Assembly: GCA_963668645.2 (NCBI GenBank)
Contig: CAXXWC010000001.1
Span: 192,001-256,000 of the forward strand
Reading direction: 5' to 3'
DNA from: Desulfobacterales bacterium
GTDB lineage: Bacteria; Desulfobacterota; Desulfobacteria; Desulfobacterales; UBA2174
DNA length: 64,000 nt
The notes below the pieces were generated by a model. The model had not been told where the DNA came from and made no database searches. It saw only the letters and a list, made by a program, of their open reading frames with translations. The position numbers were made by a program, and so were the translations under genes. Of this stretch, positions 30,823-42,350 are shown one piece after another; positions within the stretch are counted from its first letter, which is position 1, and each line of letters starts with the position of its first letter.

Positions 30823-32969
30823 CGCATCGATGCCAGGGCTTCTGCGATGTGCAGCACCTTCAGCGAGATTCCGGCCTTCCGGGCGCCACCGCGAAGCTGC
30901 ATGACGCAGCCGGGACACTCGGTGACCAGGATCCCGGCACCGGTCTTGCAGGCATCGGCCAGCTTGAGTTCCAGAATCTGCGAGGAGATGCGGGGAAACT
31001 TGCTCGAATAGGTGCCGCCGAAGCCGCAGCAGGTCTCCTCTTCGGCGGCCGGAACGAATTGCATGCCGGCTGTGCGGATCAACGCCTTGGGGGCCTGGTG
31101 CTCGTCCAGGCCGCGGCACAGGTGGCAGGGGGCGTGGTAGGTGGTCTTGAGCGGATCGCCGGAGCCGAAATGGTCCGGGCCGATCTTGACCACTTCGCTC
31201 AAAAAGCGGCTGAAGGGGATCACCCGGGCGCCGAAGGCCTCGCTGCGCCGCTTCAGTTCAGGCATGCCGTCAAAGAGTTTCGTATAGCCGTGGGTCAGAT
31301 GCGAGGCGCACGAGGCGCACAGGGTGACGATATAATCGCAGGGCACGGCCTCCATGGCGTCCATGTTCTGCAGCGCCACCCGGCGGGCCGCCTCGCGCTC
31401 GCCCATCATCTGCACCGGAAGGCCGCAGCAGCTCTGGGCCATGGGGAATTCTACCGCCACTGCAAGCCCTTCCATGGCCTTTAAGCCCGCCTCAAGTTGT
31501 TCCGGATAGACGAAATCCTGGACGCAGCCGGAAAAGAGAGCCACGTGCCAGCGCGGCCGTTCCACCCGGGGCCGCAGGCCCGGCCAGCGATCCCGGAACG
31601 GCACCTCGGCGATGGCCGGCAGGGCCCGGAAGTTGTGCTCCCTGGCAAAGATCATCGGCAGGTGCCGCAGGTAGGGACCGCCGCCGGTAACCGGCTTCTG
31701 GGCCACCTTGGCGGCCCGCAACAGGCGGTGGAACAGACCCCGGTTGGCCAGAACCTTGCCGAGCAGCGTGCTTTCCAGCCCGTGGCCGGTTTCGTCCTGG
31801 ATCCGGGCGTGGATCTCCTTGATCAGGTAGGGCAGGTCGATGCCCGCGGCGCAGACCGCCTTGCAGGCCCCGCAGTTGATGCAGTTTTGCACCAGGTTGC
31901 GGGCCCTGTCCCGGCCGTGAAAAAAGTAGGTCAGGATCAGCCCAATGGCACCGATGTAGATGTGTCCGTAGCGGTGGCCACCCACCATGCGGTAGACCGG
32001 GCAGACATTGGCGCAGGCCCCGCAGCGCACGCAGCGCAGTACCTGGGAAAAGACCGGATCCCGGGCCAGGGCCCGGCGCCCGTTGTCCAGCAGGACGACG
32101 TGCATCTCCTTGCGTCCGCCGGGAGCGGCGGCGCATTCCACCGGCCCGGTGATCCAGGTGACATAGCTGGTGATCTTCTGGCCGGTGGCGTTGCGCGGCA
32201 GGGTCCGGTTGATGTGCAGGGCTTCCCTGACGCTGCCAACGAGCTTGTCGATGCCCACCAGGGCCAGGTGGATCCGCGGCAAGGTGGCCACCAGCCGGGC
32301 GTTGCCCTCGTTGGTGACCATCCCGATAGCCCCGCTATCGGCCAAGGCGAAATTGGCCCCGGTGATGCCCATATCGGCTTCGACAAACCTGGCGCGCAGT
32401 TCGCGGCGGGCCACCTTCACCAGGCGCTCGATCTCGGCGTCCTGCCGGGCCCGGGTCACCTGGCTGAACAGGTCGGCCACCTGAAAGCGCGAAAGATGAA
32501 TGGCCGGCAGCACCATGTGGCTCGGTCCCTCGCGGCGCAACTGGACGATCCACTCACCCAGGTCGGACTCCACCACCTCCAGCCCCTCGGACTCCAGGCA
32601 AGGGTTGAGCAGGATTTCCTCGGCGGTCATGGACTTGGACTTGACGATGCGCCGCACCCCACCCTGGCGGGCGACACCGGCGATGATGCGCCTTGCGGCG
32701 GCTGCATCCCCGGCCAGGTGCACATGGATGCCGCAGGCTTCGGCATGGCGGGTAAATTCTTCCAGCAGCGTGTCCAGGCGTGCCAGGTTGGCATCCTTGA
32801 GGGCCGCGATCTCGGCTACCAGGGCCGGCACATCGATGCCTTCATAGGCTTTTTGGCGGCCCAAGGGATAGGCCACGGCGAACTTGTCCATGGCCGCGCG
32901 CAAGAATTCGTCTTCCAGAGCCGCATCGAGGTCTTTTTTGTAGCCCTTCATATCACGTGCGGTCTGCAT
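30819..32969 (-). CDS. L-lactate dehydrogenase large subunit (LutB/LldH type: LUD, Fe-S and CCG domains)
   Basis: VKSKSMTAEE, SDLGEWIVQL, SHMVLPAIH, CVRCGACANVCPVY, CINCGACKAVC, two CCG motifs. Confidence 0.92.
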   Translation of the reverse strand: MQTARDMKGYKKDLDAALEDEFLRAAMDKFAVAYPLGRQKAYEGIDVPALVAEIAALKDANLARLDTLLEEFTRHAEACGIHVHLAGDAAAARRIIAGVARQGGVRRIVKSKSMTAEEILLNPCLESEGLEVVESDLGEWIVQLRREGPSHMVLPAIHLSRFQVADLFSQVTRARQDAEIERLVKVARRELRARFVEADMGITGANFALADSGAIGMVTNEGNARLVATLPRIHLALVGIDKLVGSVREALHINRTLPRNATGQKITSYVTWITGPVECAAAPGGRKEMHVVLLDNGRRALARDPVFSQVLRCVRCGACANVCPVYRMVGGHRYGHIYIGAIGLILTYFFHGRDRARNLVQNCINCGACKAVCAAGIDLPYLIKEIHARIQDETGHGLESTLLGKVLANRGLFHRLLRAAKVAQKPVTGGGPYLRHLPMIFAREHNFRALPAIAEVPFRDRWPGLRPRVERPRWHVALFSGCVQDFVYPEQLEAGLKAMEGLAVAVEFPMAQSCCGLPVQMMGEREAARRVALQNMDAMEAVPCDYIVTLCASCASHLTHGYTKLFDGMPELKRRSEAFGARVIPFSRFLSEVVKIGPDHFGSGDPLKTTYHAPCHLCRGLDEHQAPKALIRTAGMQFVPAAEEETCCGFGGTYSSKFPRISSQILELKLADACKTGAGILVTECPGCVMQLRGGARKAGISLKVLHIAEALASMR

Positions 32970-33591
32970 CGCCGGCCTCCTCGAGGATCAGGATGTGCAG
33001 GGCCAACGGGCCGTGGACCCCGATGGCCAGGACCCGCTCGATGTCCGCCGTGCGGCTGGCGCCGGTGATAAAGGCGGTGAAGTTGCCCGGCCGGGCCAGG
33101 GCCTGACCCAGAGGATCAGCCAGGTCGTCGGCCGCAGCCACGATCCGGCCGGCCGGCAGGATGGCCACGTGCACCTCGCTGATCATGGTGGCCAGACGGA
33201 TCTCCTCTCTTGATGAATCGATCACCAGGGTGCCGGTCTCGGCGATGCCGTAATCGGCGAAGGTCAACCCCACGTCGATCCCGCCCAGGTGTTGGCGCAG
33301 GCTGTTTGCGGTAAGCCGGATCCCGTGTTCCCGGCAGCGCCGGTCCAGGCCGGCGCGCAAATCGTCGCTAAAACCCGGCGCAGCCAGGGTCTTGGGGATC
33401 GCGGCGGTGCAAAGGTCGCCGGCCGGGGTCGAGAGCGGGGCTTCGCAGCCGGAAAGCAGCAACTGGCAGGCCTCCTTGGCGGCGCACAGATCCACCACGT
33501 GGTCCAGGGCCGCATCCATCGAGGCCACACAGTGCACCAGGGCCGAAACTTCCTCGGCCCGCGCGGTGAAAGCTTCCACAAGGTTTGCCAT
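32953..33591 (-). CDS. L-lactate utilization LUD protein (LutC/LldG type)
   Basis: ATG 33591 after GAGGAG; GIAETGTLV, FITGASRTADIERVLAIGVHGP. Confidence 0.9.
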   Translation of the reverse strand: MANLVEAFTARAEEVSALVHCVASMDAALDHVVDLCAAKEACQLLLSGCEAPLSTPAGDLCTAAIPKTLAAPGFSDDLRAGLDRRCREHGIRLTANSLRQHLGGIDVGLTFADYGIAETGTLVIDSSREEIRLATMISEVHVAILPAGRIVAAADDLADPLGQALARPGNFTAFITGASRTADIERVLAIGVHGPLALHILILEEAGDADRT

Positions 33592-33638
33592 GATCAGTCT
33601 CCTCGAAAGGCATCCGGGATCAGTTTGCCGCGGGGCGA

Positions 33639-34925
33639 TCAGCGCAGCGTATCGGCGTAAAGCTCCACCGGATGGCGCACCGCCACCCGGTCCCCGGCCT
33701 GGGAAAGCATGTCGGTAAGCTGCAGCATGCAGGCCGGGCATCCGGTGGCCACCACCTCGGCACCGCTGGCCGCGATGTTGTCGCGCTTGTGGCGTCCCAG
33801 GCGGCCGGAAAGATCGTAGTGCAGCAGGTTGAAGCTGCCGCCGCAACCGCAGCAGGCATCGGCGTCCTTCATCTCCACCAGTTGCACCTGCGGGTTGAGC
33901 CGCACCAGGGCCCGCGGCTGGGCTGCGACTCCGAGGGACTTTTTCAGATGACACGGATCGTGCACCGTGACCTTGATCCCGTTCTGGACCGCTCCGGCGC
34001 CGGGGGTGACCTTCAGAATATCGATCAAAAAGGCGTTGATGTCCAGGGTCCGGGCCGCCAGGGCCGCAGCCCGGCCGGCATCGGCGGCGGCAGCCAGCGA
34101 CGGCCAGAACTTGACGATGGTGGCCGTGCAGGTGGCGCAGGGAGTGACCAGGTAGTCGAAATCAGCCGCACCAAACAGGTCGAGATTTTTTTTGACCAGC
34201 GCCTGGAAGCTGTCCTGATCGCCGCCTGCCAGGGCCGGAATCCCGCAGCAGGCCAGCCCCTGCGGCAAAAAAACCCCGATGCCGTGGTGGTCGAGGACCT
34301 TGAGCACGGCCTGTCCGATGCGCGGAAAGACCTTGTCCACCAGGCAGCCGGGGAAAAAGGCGACCTGCGGCCGGCCGGGACCCGCAACCGTATCGCGCCG
34401 GGGCACGGTCTGGTGCAGCGCTGTGGCGGCCAGGGCCGTAAAATGGCGCGGCCCCAAAGCCGCCACCGGAAAACGGGTGCACGAGGAGCCGACAAGCGGA
34501 TCCACCGGCCGCACGAAGAGCCCCTGGAAGCGGGCTCCGAGGGCCACGGCAGCGTCGAAGAACTGCGGGTGCAGCAAAAGACCGCGGAAGATCAGGCGCT
34601 GGAGCGGCGACAGCCCCTGGTAGGCGGCCAGGGCGGCCCGGGCCCGCAGAAAGATGTCCAGCACCTTGACCCCGCTGGGGCAGTTGGCGGCGCAGGCGCC
34701 GCAGAGCAGGCAGGTTCCCAGTCGCTCCCTGACTCCGTCGACGTCAACGATCATCTTGCCGGCCAGGTGCTCCAGCAAAGCGATCTTGCCCCGCGCCACC
34801 AGAGCCTCGCGCCCGGTCTCGGCGTATACCGGGCAGACCGCCTGGCACATCCCGCAGCGCATGCAGGTGGCCAACTGGTCCTCGATCTGCCCGAGCAACC
34901 GGTGCAGTTGTATCAGATCGGCCAT
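33639..34925 (-). CDS. GlcF-like Fe-S subunit of D-lactate dehydrogenase
   Basis: CMRCGMCQAVCP, CLLCGACAANCP, CCG motifs, HDPCHL. Confidence 0.9.
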   Translation of the reverse strand: MADLIQLHRLLGQIEDQLATCMRCGMCQAVCPVYAETGREALVARGKIALLEHLAGKMIVDVDGVRERLGTCLLCGACAANCPSGVKVLDIFLRARAALAAYQGLSPLQRLIFRGLLLHPQFFDAAVALGARFQGLFVRPVDPLVGSSCTRFPVAALGPRHFTALAATALHQTVPRRDTVAGPGRPQVAFFPGCLVDKVFPRIGQAVLKVLDHHGIGVFLPQGLACCGIPALAGGDQDSFQALVKKNLDLFGAADFDYLVTPCATCTATIVKFWPSLAAAADAGRAAALAARTLDINAFLIDILKVTPGAGAVQNGIKVTVHDPCHLKKSLGVAAQPRALVRLNPQVQLVEMKDADACCGCGGSFNLLHYDLSGRLGRHKRDNIAASGAEVVATGCPACMLQLTDMLSQAGDRVAVRHPVELYADTLR

Positions 34926-34929
34926 GGGT

Positions 34930-36318
34930 TCACTCCTGCCCGAGGATTTTGCCCGGATTGAGAATGTTCTTCGGATCGAGCACCTGCTTCAGGCGCCGGC
35001 AGTAGCGGATAGTGCCCGGACTGGTCTCTTTTTCCAGCCATTTGGACTTGGCGATGCCGATTCCGTGTTCGCCCGAGAGGGTGCCGCCCATGGCCAGGGC
35101 GGCAGTGAAGATCTCGTCTACGGCCTGCTCGACGCGGGCAAACTCGGCCGCGTCGCGCCGGTCGGTGAGGATGGTCGGATGCAGGTTGCCGTCGCCGGCA
35201 TGACCGAAGGTGCCGATGGTCAGCCGGTACTTGGTCGCGATGGCGTCCAGGGCCCGCACCATGTCCGGGATCTTGCTGCGCGGCACGGTGGCGTCTTCCA
35301 GGACCGTGGTCGGACGCAGCCGGGCCAGGGCCGACAGGGCCCCACGCCGGGCCTCCCAGACCTTGTCGCGCTCCGCCGCGCTGGCGGCCACGTGCAGTCC
35401 GGTGGCGCCCATCTTGCCGCAGATCGCCTCGACCCGGGCCGCCTCGTCGGCCACCTGGGCCGGATGGCCGTCCACCTCGATGAGCAGCAGGGCCTTGGCG
35501 TCCACCGGCAGCCCGGCCCGGGCATAGTCCTCGACGCTGCGGATGGTGAAGTTGTCCATGAATTCGAGGGTGCACGGCACGATCTTGGCCGCGATGACGG
35601 CCGCCACGGCCTGCGAGGCCCGCTCGACGTCATCGAAGAGCACCATCATGGCCTTGTTCGCCGCCGGCGGCGGGACAAGCTTGAGGATGATCTGGCTGAA
35701 AACCCCAAGGGTTCCTTCCGAGCCGACCATCAGGTCTGCCAGGTTCAGTCCGGTGACGCATTTGAGGGTCCGCGAGCCGGCCACGATGCTCTGGCCGGTG
35801 GTGTCGAAAAAGCGCAGTCCCATGACGTAGTTTTTTGTCACGCCGTACTTGAGACCGCGCAGGCCCCCGGCGTTCTCGGCCACGTTGCCCCCGAGAGTCG
35901 AAACGGCCTGGGAGCCTGGATCGGGGGGGTAAAAAAGCCCCTCGGCTGCCACCGCGGCGGCAAAACGGGCCGTGATGACCCCCGGTTCGACCACGGCGTA
36001 CATGTCCGCGGCGTTGATCTCGATGATCCGGTTCAAGGCGTTGGTCAGCACCACGATCCCGTCACGTGGATCCGGGATCGTACCCCCAGAAAGGTTGGTG
36101 CCGGCCCCGCGCACGGTGAGGGGCAGTCCGTTTTCACCGCAGAGGCGCACCACCCGACCGAGGGTTTCGGTGGTCTCGGGCCGCACCACCAGGGCCGGCA
36201 CCACCGGTTGGAGCACGGCGGCGTCATAGGCGTAGCAGTGGCGGTCAGCCTCGTTGTCCATGACGTTGGCCGCACCGGCGACCTGCCTGAATTCCTTTAT
36301 CAGTGTTTCCTTGAGCAT
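34930..36318 (-). CDS. GlcD-like FAD-linked subunit of D-lactate dehydrogenase
   Basis: RGAGTNLSGG, YPPDPGS, GLKYGVT, GHAGDGNLHP, LSGEHGIG. Confidence 0.92.
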   Translation of the reverse strand: MLKETLIKEFRQVAGAANVMDNEADRHCYAYDAAVLQPVVPALVVRPETTETLGRVVRLCGENGLPLTVRGAGTNLSGGTIPDPRDGIVVLTNALNRIIEINAADMYAVVEPGVITARFAAAVAAEGLFYPPDPGSQAVSTLGGNVAENAGGLRGLKYGVTKNYVMGLRFFDTTGQSIVAGSRTLKCVTGLNLADLMVGSEGTLGVFSQIILKLVPPPAANKAMMVLFDDVERASQAVAAVIAAKIVPCTLEFMDNFTIRSVEDYARAGLPVDAKALLLIEVDGHPAQVADEAARVEAICGKMGATGLHVAASAAERDKVWEARRGALSALARLRPTTVLEDATVPRSKIPDMVRALDAIATKYRLTIGTFGHAGDGNLHPTILTDRRDAAEFARVEQAVDEIFTAALAMGGTLSGEHGIGIAKSKWLEKETSPGTIRYCRRLKQVLDPKNILNPGKILGQE

Positions 36319-36400
36319 GACGGCCTCCTTTGGCCGACGGCTCTGCGCGGCCCGGTGCCCCCAGGAGAGGAAGAGCCCCGGCCACCGGACGCGACAAGCA

Positions 36401-36476
36401 TTGCGGCAGCATCCAGGTAAACACGTAAGCCTTGCAGCAGGGTGAGCACCGCCACTGCCAGCACCATGGCGATGGA
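36401..36476 (-). pseudogene. 3'-terminal scar of a lactate permease (LldP/LctP family)
   Basis: Reads SIAMVLAVAVLTLLQ, one extra G, then AYVFTWMLPQ, resembling the LQAYVxxWMIP C-terminus of LldP, at the expected operon position. Confidence 0.7.
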
Positions 36477-36502
36477 TGTAAAGGGAGCGGCGCAGTACGC
36501 CG

Positions 36503-38110
36503 TTAGAGCAGCCCTTCGAAAAAATCGTTCCCCTTGTCGTCCACCAGGATAAAGGCCGGAAAATCCTTGACCGTGATGCGGTAGATGGCTTCCATGCCCA
36601 GCTCGGGGTACTCGATCAGCTCCATGGCGGTGATGCAGTCACGGCCCAACCGGGCCGCCGGGCCGCCGATGGACCCGAGGTAAAAGCCGCCGTGCTGCTT
36701 GCAGCTGTCGCTCACCACGCGGGTGCGGTTCCCCTTGGCCAGCATGACCAGCGAGGCGCCGCGCTCCTGAAAGATCGGCACATAAGGATCCATGCGGGCC
36801 GCGGTGGTGGGCCCGAAGCTGCCGGCCGCATGCCCGGGCGGGGTCTTGGCCGGACCGGCGTAGTAAATGATGTGGTTCTTGAAGTAATCGGGCAGGTCCT
36901 GGCCGGCGTCCAGGCGCTCCTTGAGCCGGGCGTGGGCGATGTCCCGGGCCACGATGATGTCCCCGCTCAGGCGCAGGGCCGTGGCCACCGGGTGGCGGCT
37001 CAGCTCGGCGCGGATCTCGGCCATGGGACGGTTCAGGTCGATGGAAACCGCAGCACCGCTTCCGGCTGCCGGTTCAGGAAGGTAGCGGGCCGGATCGGTT
37101 TCCATCTGCTCCAGAAAGATACCGTCGCAGGTGATCTTGGCCTTGATGTTGCGATCCGCCGAGCAGCTCACCCCCATACCGATGGGGCACGAGGCCCCGT
37201 GGCGCGGCAGGCGGATCACCCGCACGTCGAGGCAGAAATAGCGCCCCCCGAACTGAGCCCCCAGCCCCAAGTCCCGTGAGGCGGCCAGCAGTTCGGCCTC
37301 CAGGGCCAGATCCCTGAAACCGTGGCCTGAAGGGCTGCCGGCACTGGGCAGGGTATCGAGGTAGCCGGCCGAGGCCAGCTTGACCGTCTTGAGGTTGAAC
37401 TCGGCCGAGGTGCCGCCGATGACGAAGGCCAGGTGATAGGGCGGGCAGGCCGCCGTGCCAAGGGTCTTCATCTTGGCGGTCAGGTAAGGCACCAGGGTCG
37501 CAGGGTTGAGCACGGCCTTGGTTTCCTGGAAAAGATAGGTCTTGTTGGCCGACCCGCCCCCCTTGGCGATGAACAGAAACTTGTAGGCGTCTCCGTCCGT
37601 GGCATAGAGTTCTATCTGGGCCGGCAGGTTGCAGCCGGTGTTCTTTTCCTCGTACATACTCAGCGGAGCGTTCTGGCTGTAGCGCAAGTGGGTGCGGGTA
37701 TAAGTGTTGAAGATCCCCCGGCTGAGGGCCTCTTCGTCCCCTCCCCCGGTCCAGATCCGCTGTCCTTTTTTGCCCATCACGATGGCCGTGCCGGTGTCCT
37801 GGCACATGGGAAAGACCATCTCGGCCGAGATCACGGCGTTTTTGAGCATTTCCAGGGCCACGAAACGATCGTTGTCCGAGGCCTGCGGATCTTCGAAGAT
37901 CTGCCGCAGCAGCTTGAGATGGGATGGGCGCAGCAGATGGGACACATCCCGAAAGGCCTGTTCGGCCAGCAGGGTGAGCCCCTCCGGTTCCACCTGGACC
38001 AGATCCCCTTGGGCAAAGGGAACGACGCTCACGTGGCCGGCGGTCAGTCGGCGGTGGGAGGTGGGGTCCGCGCCAAGGGGCAGCAGTTCGGTAAAAGCGA
38101 ATTCAGCCAT
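36503..38110 (-). CDS. Class I fumarate hydratase, single-chain
   Basis: [53 protein letters not shown]. Confidence 0.96.
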   Translation of the reverse strand: MAEFAFTELLPLGADPTSHRRLTAGHVSVVPFAQGDLVQVEPEGLTLLAEQAFRDVSHLLRPSHLKLLRQIFEDPQASDNDRFVALEMLKNAVISAEMVFPMCQDTGTAIVMGKKGQRIWTGGGDEEALSRGIFNTYTRTHLRYSQNAPLSMYEEKNTGCNLPAQIELYATDGDAYKFLFIAKGGGSANKTYLFQETKAVLNPATLVPYLTAKMKTLGTAACPPYHLAFVIGGTSAEFNLKTVKLASAGYLDTLPSAGSPSGHGFRDLALEAELLAASRDLGLGAQFGGRYFCLDVRVIRLPRHGASCPIGMGVSCSADRNIKAKITCDGIFLEQMETDPARYLPEPAAGSGAAVSIDLNRPMAEIRAELSRHPVATALRLSGDIIVARDIAHARLKERLDAGQDLPDYFKNHIIYYAGPAKTPPGHAAGSFGPTTAARMDPYVPIFQERGASLVMLAKGNRTRVVSDSCKQHGGFYLGSIGGPAARLGRDCITAMELIEYPELGMEAIYRITVKDFPAFILVDDKGNDFFEGLL

Positions 38111-38390
38111 GATGAAAGCTCCCGTATTGTATGTCAGTCAAAGCGAAGGGATGAACTCTATATCAATCTGGCGAAGACTCTTTTTAGGGGGCCGGCGCCG
38201 GTCTGTCAACCCGCCAGCAAGCAGCCCCGGTAATTCACGGCGAGACAAGATATGATGTTGCGACCGCCGCCAGCCCCCGGCTGCCGGCTGGCTTGGAGCG
38301 TTGGCAACGGGCTATGGAAAAGGGCAAAAATGGGGCAGCTGCCGGATAGCGCATTCACCAAAAAATCCAGCAAACATCCACAACGATGGG

Positions 38391-41012
38391 TCAGGGTACC
38401 CAAACGCGCCGCTGCCCGTCCTGGCCAGGGGACAAAAACGGGTGCACCCGGACAGCCTGGTCCGTAAAGTGCACGAGGACGGCCCCGTCCCGGTCGGTGC
38501 GCCACAGATCGATGCCCCTTTGGCCGAGACGCTGAATCACTTCCCGGTGCGGCAATCCATACCGGTTGTGCCAGCCGCATGAGACCACCGCCATGGCGGG
38601 TCTGACCGCATCCAGAAAAGGGCCCGTATTGGAAGAGCGGCTGCCGTGGTGGGCCAGTGCGAGCAAATCCGCCTTTAACGCCGCCTGGTTGCAAGCGATC
38701 AGCTCGGCCTCGGCCGGGGCCTGGATGTCTCCGGTCCATAGCATCGACCGGCCGGCGGCGCTGATTCGCACCACAATGGAACTGTTGTTGCCGCGGCGCC
38801 AGGGCTCGCTGGTGATTCTTTCAAGAAAGTCCGGGGCCGGATAAAGCAGCTCCACAAGGGTCGGGCCGAAAAAACGACTGCGCGCCAGGGCGTCAAAACA
38901 AGGCCAGTCAATTTTCCGCCGGGCGACGGTTTCGGCCATCGTCCGGTACCCGAGGGTATCGGACGCCTCCCGGTTGCTCCAGAATGCCCCCACCGGAAAA
39001 GTGTCGAAAACGTAGAGCAGCCCGTTTAGATGATCGGCGTCCGCATGGGTGAGCACCACCAGATCGAGGGTGCGGATTTTCTGATAGCGCAAAAATGGGG
39101 CCACGATGCGCCGGCCCACATCGAAGACCGCGTTGTCGCCAAATCCACCGCCGTCCACCAGGAACACCCGCCCGCCGGGAGCCTCGATCACCGCTGCCGC
39201 CCCCTGACCGACATCCAGGATCGTGGCGCGCAGATCCTGGTGCCAGAAACGCCGGTGCCCCCAGTAGAGGCCATCGGCCGTCAATCCTGCGACCACCAGG
39301 ACGCCAGCCGCCACGAGGGATCGGACCCTGAAAGCCTGCCGGTGGCGCCAACAGACGAGGATCAGGGCGAGCACGGCATAGTAGAGTCCGATTTCCACCG
39401 GCCGGGGGGTAAAGGTCGATATCGCGCTTGGCGGCCAATCGGCCAATAAGTACATCAACTTCAAGGCCGGATCCAGGATGACGGCACAGATTTTGAAAAT
39501 CCACAGGGAGGCCCCAGGACTGATCAGGGCCGTGAGCGCCGCGCCCAGGCCCAGAGGCACCACAAGCATCCCGATCCAGGGCACAAACACGAAGTTGGCG
39601 GCCAGGCCCACCAGGGAAACCTGGTTAAAGGTCTGCATGACCAGCGGCAGGGTTCCCAGAACGGCCCAGAACGAAACCAGCAAAAACTGGCGGGCCCAGC
39701 CTCCTATCCGCCGGACCGGACCGCACCCGGCAAGCTTCAGGGAGGGACGCACCCCAGCCAGAATCCAGCCCACGGCGGCAAAGGAGAGCTGGAAGGAGAC
39801 CGAAAAAAGAGCTGGTGGATGAACCGTGAGGATGATCAGCGCCGCCAGGGCCAGGGTACTGGGCAGGTCCGGGTCGCGCTCCAGCAGCAAGGCCGCCAGA
39901 TAGGCGCTGGCCATCATGGCCGCCCGCTGGGTCGAAGGCGCAAATCCGGCCAGCAGACTGTAGCCCCAGACCGCAGCGGCGGTAAAAAGCGCTGCGCTTT
40001 TGGCGCTCCAGGCCCGTTCCACCATCAGCGGCCACCAGACCAGCAGGCGGATCGAAAAGCCGTAGACCAAGGCCGCCACGATCCCCACATGAAGCCCTGA
40101 GATGGCCAGCAGATGCCCCACGCCGGTTCGGTTGAAGGCGTTGCGCAGGGCCTGGAAAACCTTGCTGCGGTCGCCGATGGTCAACGCGCGCAGCACCGCA
40201 GCCGTGTCCGCCCCGCTCGACTTATCGATCAAGGCGCCGATGCGGTTGCGATAACGCTCCCCAGCGCGATGCATCCCGGCCGCTGGCGCAGTATGAAGGC
40301 ACCGCACGCGGTCCGCCGTGACATAGGCCGAAACCTGCACACCTTGCAGATAAAGATAACGCCGGTAGTCGAATCCTCCCGGATTGTTGAAATTGCGAGG
40401 ACTGCGCAACCGGGCCGTAAAGGCCAGCGTCTCGCCCTGGGAAAAAGCCGGGGTCAGCCCCTGGACCGTGACCCGCACCAGACCGCGAAACGGTGCGTCT
40501 TCAGAGCGGCCCTCGGGTTTTTGCAGGGATAGGGTGAACTTCTGGCGTCCGGCGGTCACCCGCGGGGTTTCGTGCACCGTACCCTGTATGGGCACAGCCT
40601 GTCCGCCGGCGTATCGGGCCGCATGACCCGGTTGCTGGCGGGGAGCCAGCCAGGGCTGCAAGGAGAGATAGCCCAAAGAGAGGATCAAAAAAAGCGGTGC
40701 GGCTGCCTGGCCGCGTCCTTGAACCATCCCGCGGATCAGCGCCAGTCCGGCAACGGCAGCCACACCCAGGCCGGCGGTGCATCGCCCCGGGAACACCGCC
40801 CCCAGGGCGATCCCGGCGGCCAGAATCGCGGCGATGGCCACCATCGGCCGGCAAATCGGCGCTTCGGACGCCCGATCCAGGCCCGGGGCAGCTGAAGGCG
40901 GCTGGACAGGGCCGCATTGGGCCCCCGGGGAGATGCGTGCGGATAAATTCGTTTTGCATGACGGCATCTTTTTTCCAAGGTCCTGGCAAGGGGGAATCCC
41001 GATCGGGTCCAC
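38391..41012 (-). CDS. comEC: DNA internalization competence protein ComEC/Rec2 (start uncertain, probably further downstream)
   Basis: NPGGFDY, HLLAISGLHVG, FQLSFAAV, LDVGQG, THADADH, HHGSRSS, NRYGLPH. Confidence 0.93.
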   Translation of the reverse strand: MDPIGIPPCQDLGKKMPSCKTNLSARISPGAQCGPVQPPSAAPGLDRASEAPICRPMVAIAAILAAGIALGAVFPGRCTAGLGVAAVAGLALIRGMVQGRGQAAAPLFLILSLGYLSLQPWLAPRQQPGHAARYAGGQAVPIQGTVHETPRVTAGRQKFTLSLQKPEGRSEDAPFRGLVRVTVQGLTPAFSQGETLAFTARLRSPRNFNNPGGFDYRRYLYLQGVQVSAYVTADRVRCLHTAPAAGMHRAGERYRNRIGALIDKSSGADTAAVLRALTIGDRSKVFQALRNAFNRTGVGHLLAISGLHVGIVAALVYGFSIRLLVWWPLMVERAWSAKSAALFTAAAVWGYSLLAGFAPSTQRAAMMASAYLAALLLERDPDLPSTLALAALIILTVHPPALFSVSFQLSFAAVGWILAGVRPSLKLAGCGPVRRIGGWARQFLLVSFWAVLGTLPLVMQTFNQVSLVGLAANFVFVPWIGMLVVPLGLGAALTALISPGASLWIFKICAVILDPALKLMYLLADWPPSAISTFTPRPVEIGLYYAVLALILVCWRHRQAFRVRSLVAAGVLVVAGLTADGLYWGHRRFWHQDLRATILDVGQGAAAVIEAPGGRVFLVDGGGFGDNAVFDVGRRIVAPFLRYQKIRTLDLVVLTHADADHLNGLLYVFDTFPVGAFWSNREASDTLGYRTMAETVARRKIDWPCFDALARSRFFGPTLVELLYPAPDFLERITSEPWRRGNNSSIVVRISAAGRSMLWTGDIQAPAEAELIACNQAALKADLLALAHHGSRSSNTGPFLDAVRPAMAVVSCGWHNRYGLPHREVIQRLGQRGIDLWRTDRDGAVLVHFTDQAVRVHPFLSPGQDGQRRVWVP

Positions 41013-41060
41013 GCGCCGGAAAAACCGAGGAACGGATGCCTGGGGCCGGTCGCTCTGTCC

Positions 41061-42350
41061 TTAGCCGCAGACCTCCCCGTCCGCTGGGACGGCATCGCTT
41101 CCGGGTTCACGCCGGATGCATGCCCCCAGGTCGGCCAGCTTGCGGTCGAGATGTTCGTAGCCGCGATCGAGATGGTAGACGCGGTTGACCACGGTGGTCC
41201 CTTCGGCCACCAGGCCGGCCAGCACCAGCGAGGCGCTGGCCCTCAGGTCGGAGGCCATCACCGGGGCCCCTGAAAGGGGGCCGTTGCCCTTGACCACTGC
41301 GGTATTGCCGGTCACCTCGATCTCGGCCCCCATGCGCCGCAGTTCGCTCACATGAATGAAGCGATTTTCGAAGATCGTCTCGCTGATAATGCTCGAACCG
41401 CCGGCCACGGTGGTCAGCACCATGAACTGGGCCTGCATGTCGGTGGGAAATCCCGGATAGGGTTGGGTCTTGATATCCACCCCCCGGATCTTGCCGGCCC
41501 CCACGATCCGGATCGAGTCCACCCCGGTTTCCACCGAAGCTCCGGTGAGTCGCAGTTTGTCGATCACCGCTTCGAGATGGTCCGGCCGGCACTTTTCGAT
41601 GACCACGTCGCCCCGCGTCAGGGCCGCAGCCACCATATAGGTTCCGGTCTCGATTCGGTCGGGGATGATGGAAAGGGAGACCGGATTCAGGGATTTAACC
41701 CCCTCGATGGTGATCACCGCGGTGCCGGTGCCCTCAATCCGGGCGCCCATGGCCAGCAGGGCTTCGGCCAGGGACACGATTTCCGGCTCCCGCGCGGCGT
41801 TGCGCAGCACGGTGCGGCCCTCGGCGAGCGCCGCGGCCATCAGCAGATTTTCGGTGCCGCCCACCGTCGGCATGTCGAAGGTGATGTCCGCGCCGTGTAG
41901 CCGATCGCAGGTCGCTTCGACATACCCGTGCTCCAGTTCGATGGCCGCCCCCATGCGCGCCAGGGCTTTTAGATGCAGATTGATGGGCCGGGCCCCGATG
42001 GCGCAGCCGCCCGGGAGCGATACTCTGGCGCGCCCGAGACGCGCCAGAATCGGCCCCAGCACCAGGATCGAAGCCCGCATCTTGCGCACCAGATCGTAAG
42101 GGGCCTCGGGGTCGGCGAATCCCTGCGGGTCGACCACGACCCGGTGGTCGGCCATCTTTACCCGGGCGCCCAGGTGGTCGAGAAGCTGGCAGATACTGTG
42201 AATATCCTTGAGATCCGGCACGTTGTCATAGGTACAGGGGCCGTCGGCCAGCAGGGCCGAGACCAGCACCGGCAAGGCGGCGTTCTTCGAGCCGCTGGCC
42301 GTTACGCGTCCTGAAAGCTGCCGGCCCCCTTGGATGATGATTTTGTCCAT
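41061..42350 (-). CDS. murA: UDP-N-acetylglucosamine 1-carboxyvinyltransferase
   Basis: [46 protein letters not shown]. Confidence 0.98.
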   Translation of the reverse strand: MDKIIIQGGRQLSGRVTASGSKNAALPVLVSALLADGPCTYDNVPDLKDIHSICQLLDHLGARVKMADHRVVVDPQGFADPEAPYDLVRKMRASILVLGPILARLGRARVSLPGGCAIGARPINLHLKALARMGAAIELEHGYVEATCDRLHGADITFDMPTVGGTENLLMAAALAEGRTVLRNAAREPEIVSLAEALLAMGARIEGTGTAVITIEGVKSLNPVSLSIIPDRIETGTYMVAAALTRGDVVIEKCRPDHLEAVIDKLRLTGASVETGVDSIRIVGAGKIRGVDIKTQPYPGFPTDMQAQFMVLTTVAGGSSIISETIFENRFIHVSELRRMGAEIEVTGNTAVVKGNGPLSGAPVMASDLRASASLVLAGLVAEGTTVVNRVYHLDRGYEHLDRKLADLGACIRREPGSDAVPADGEVCG

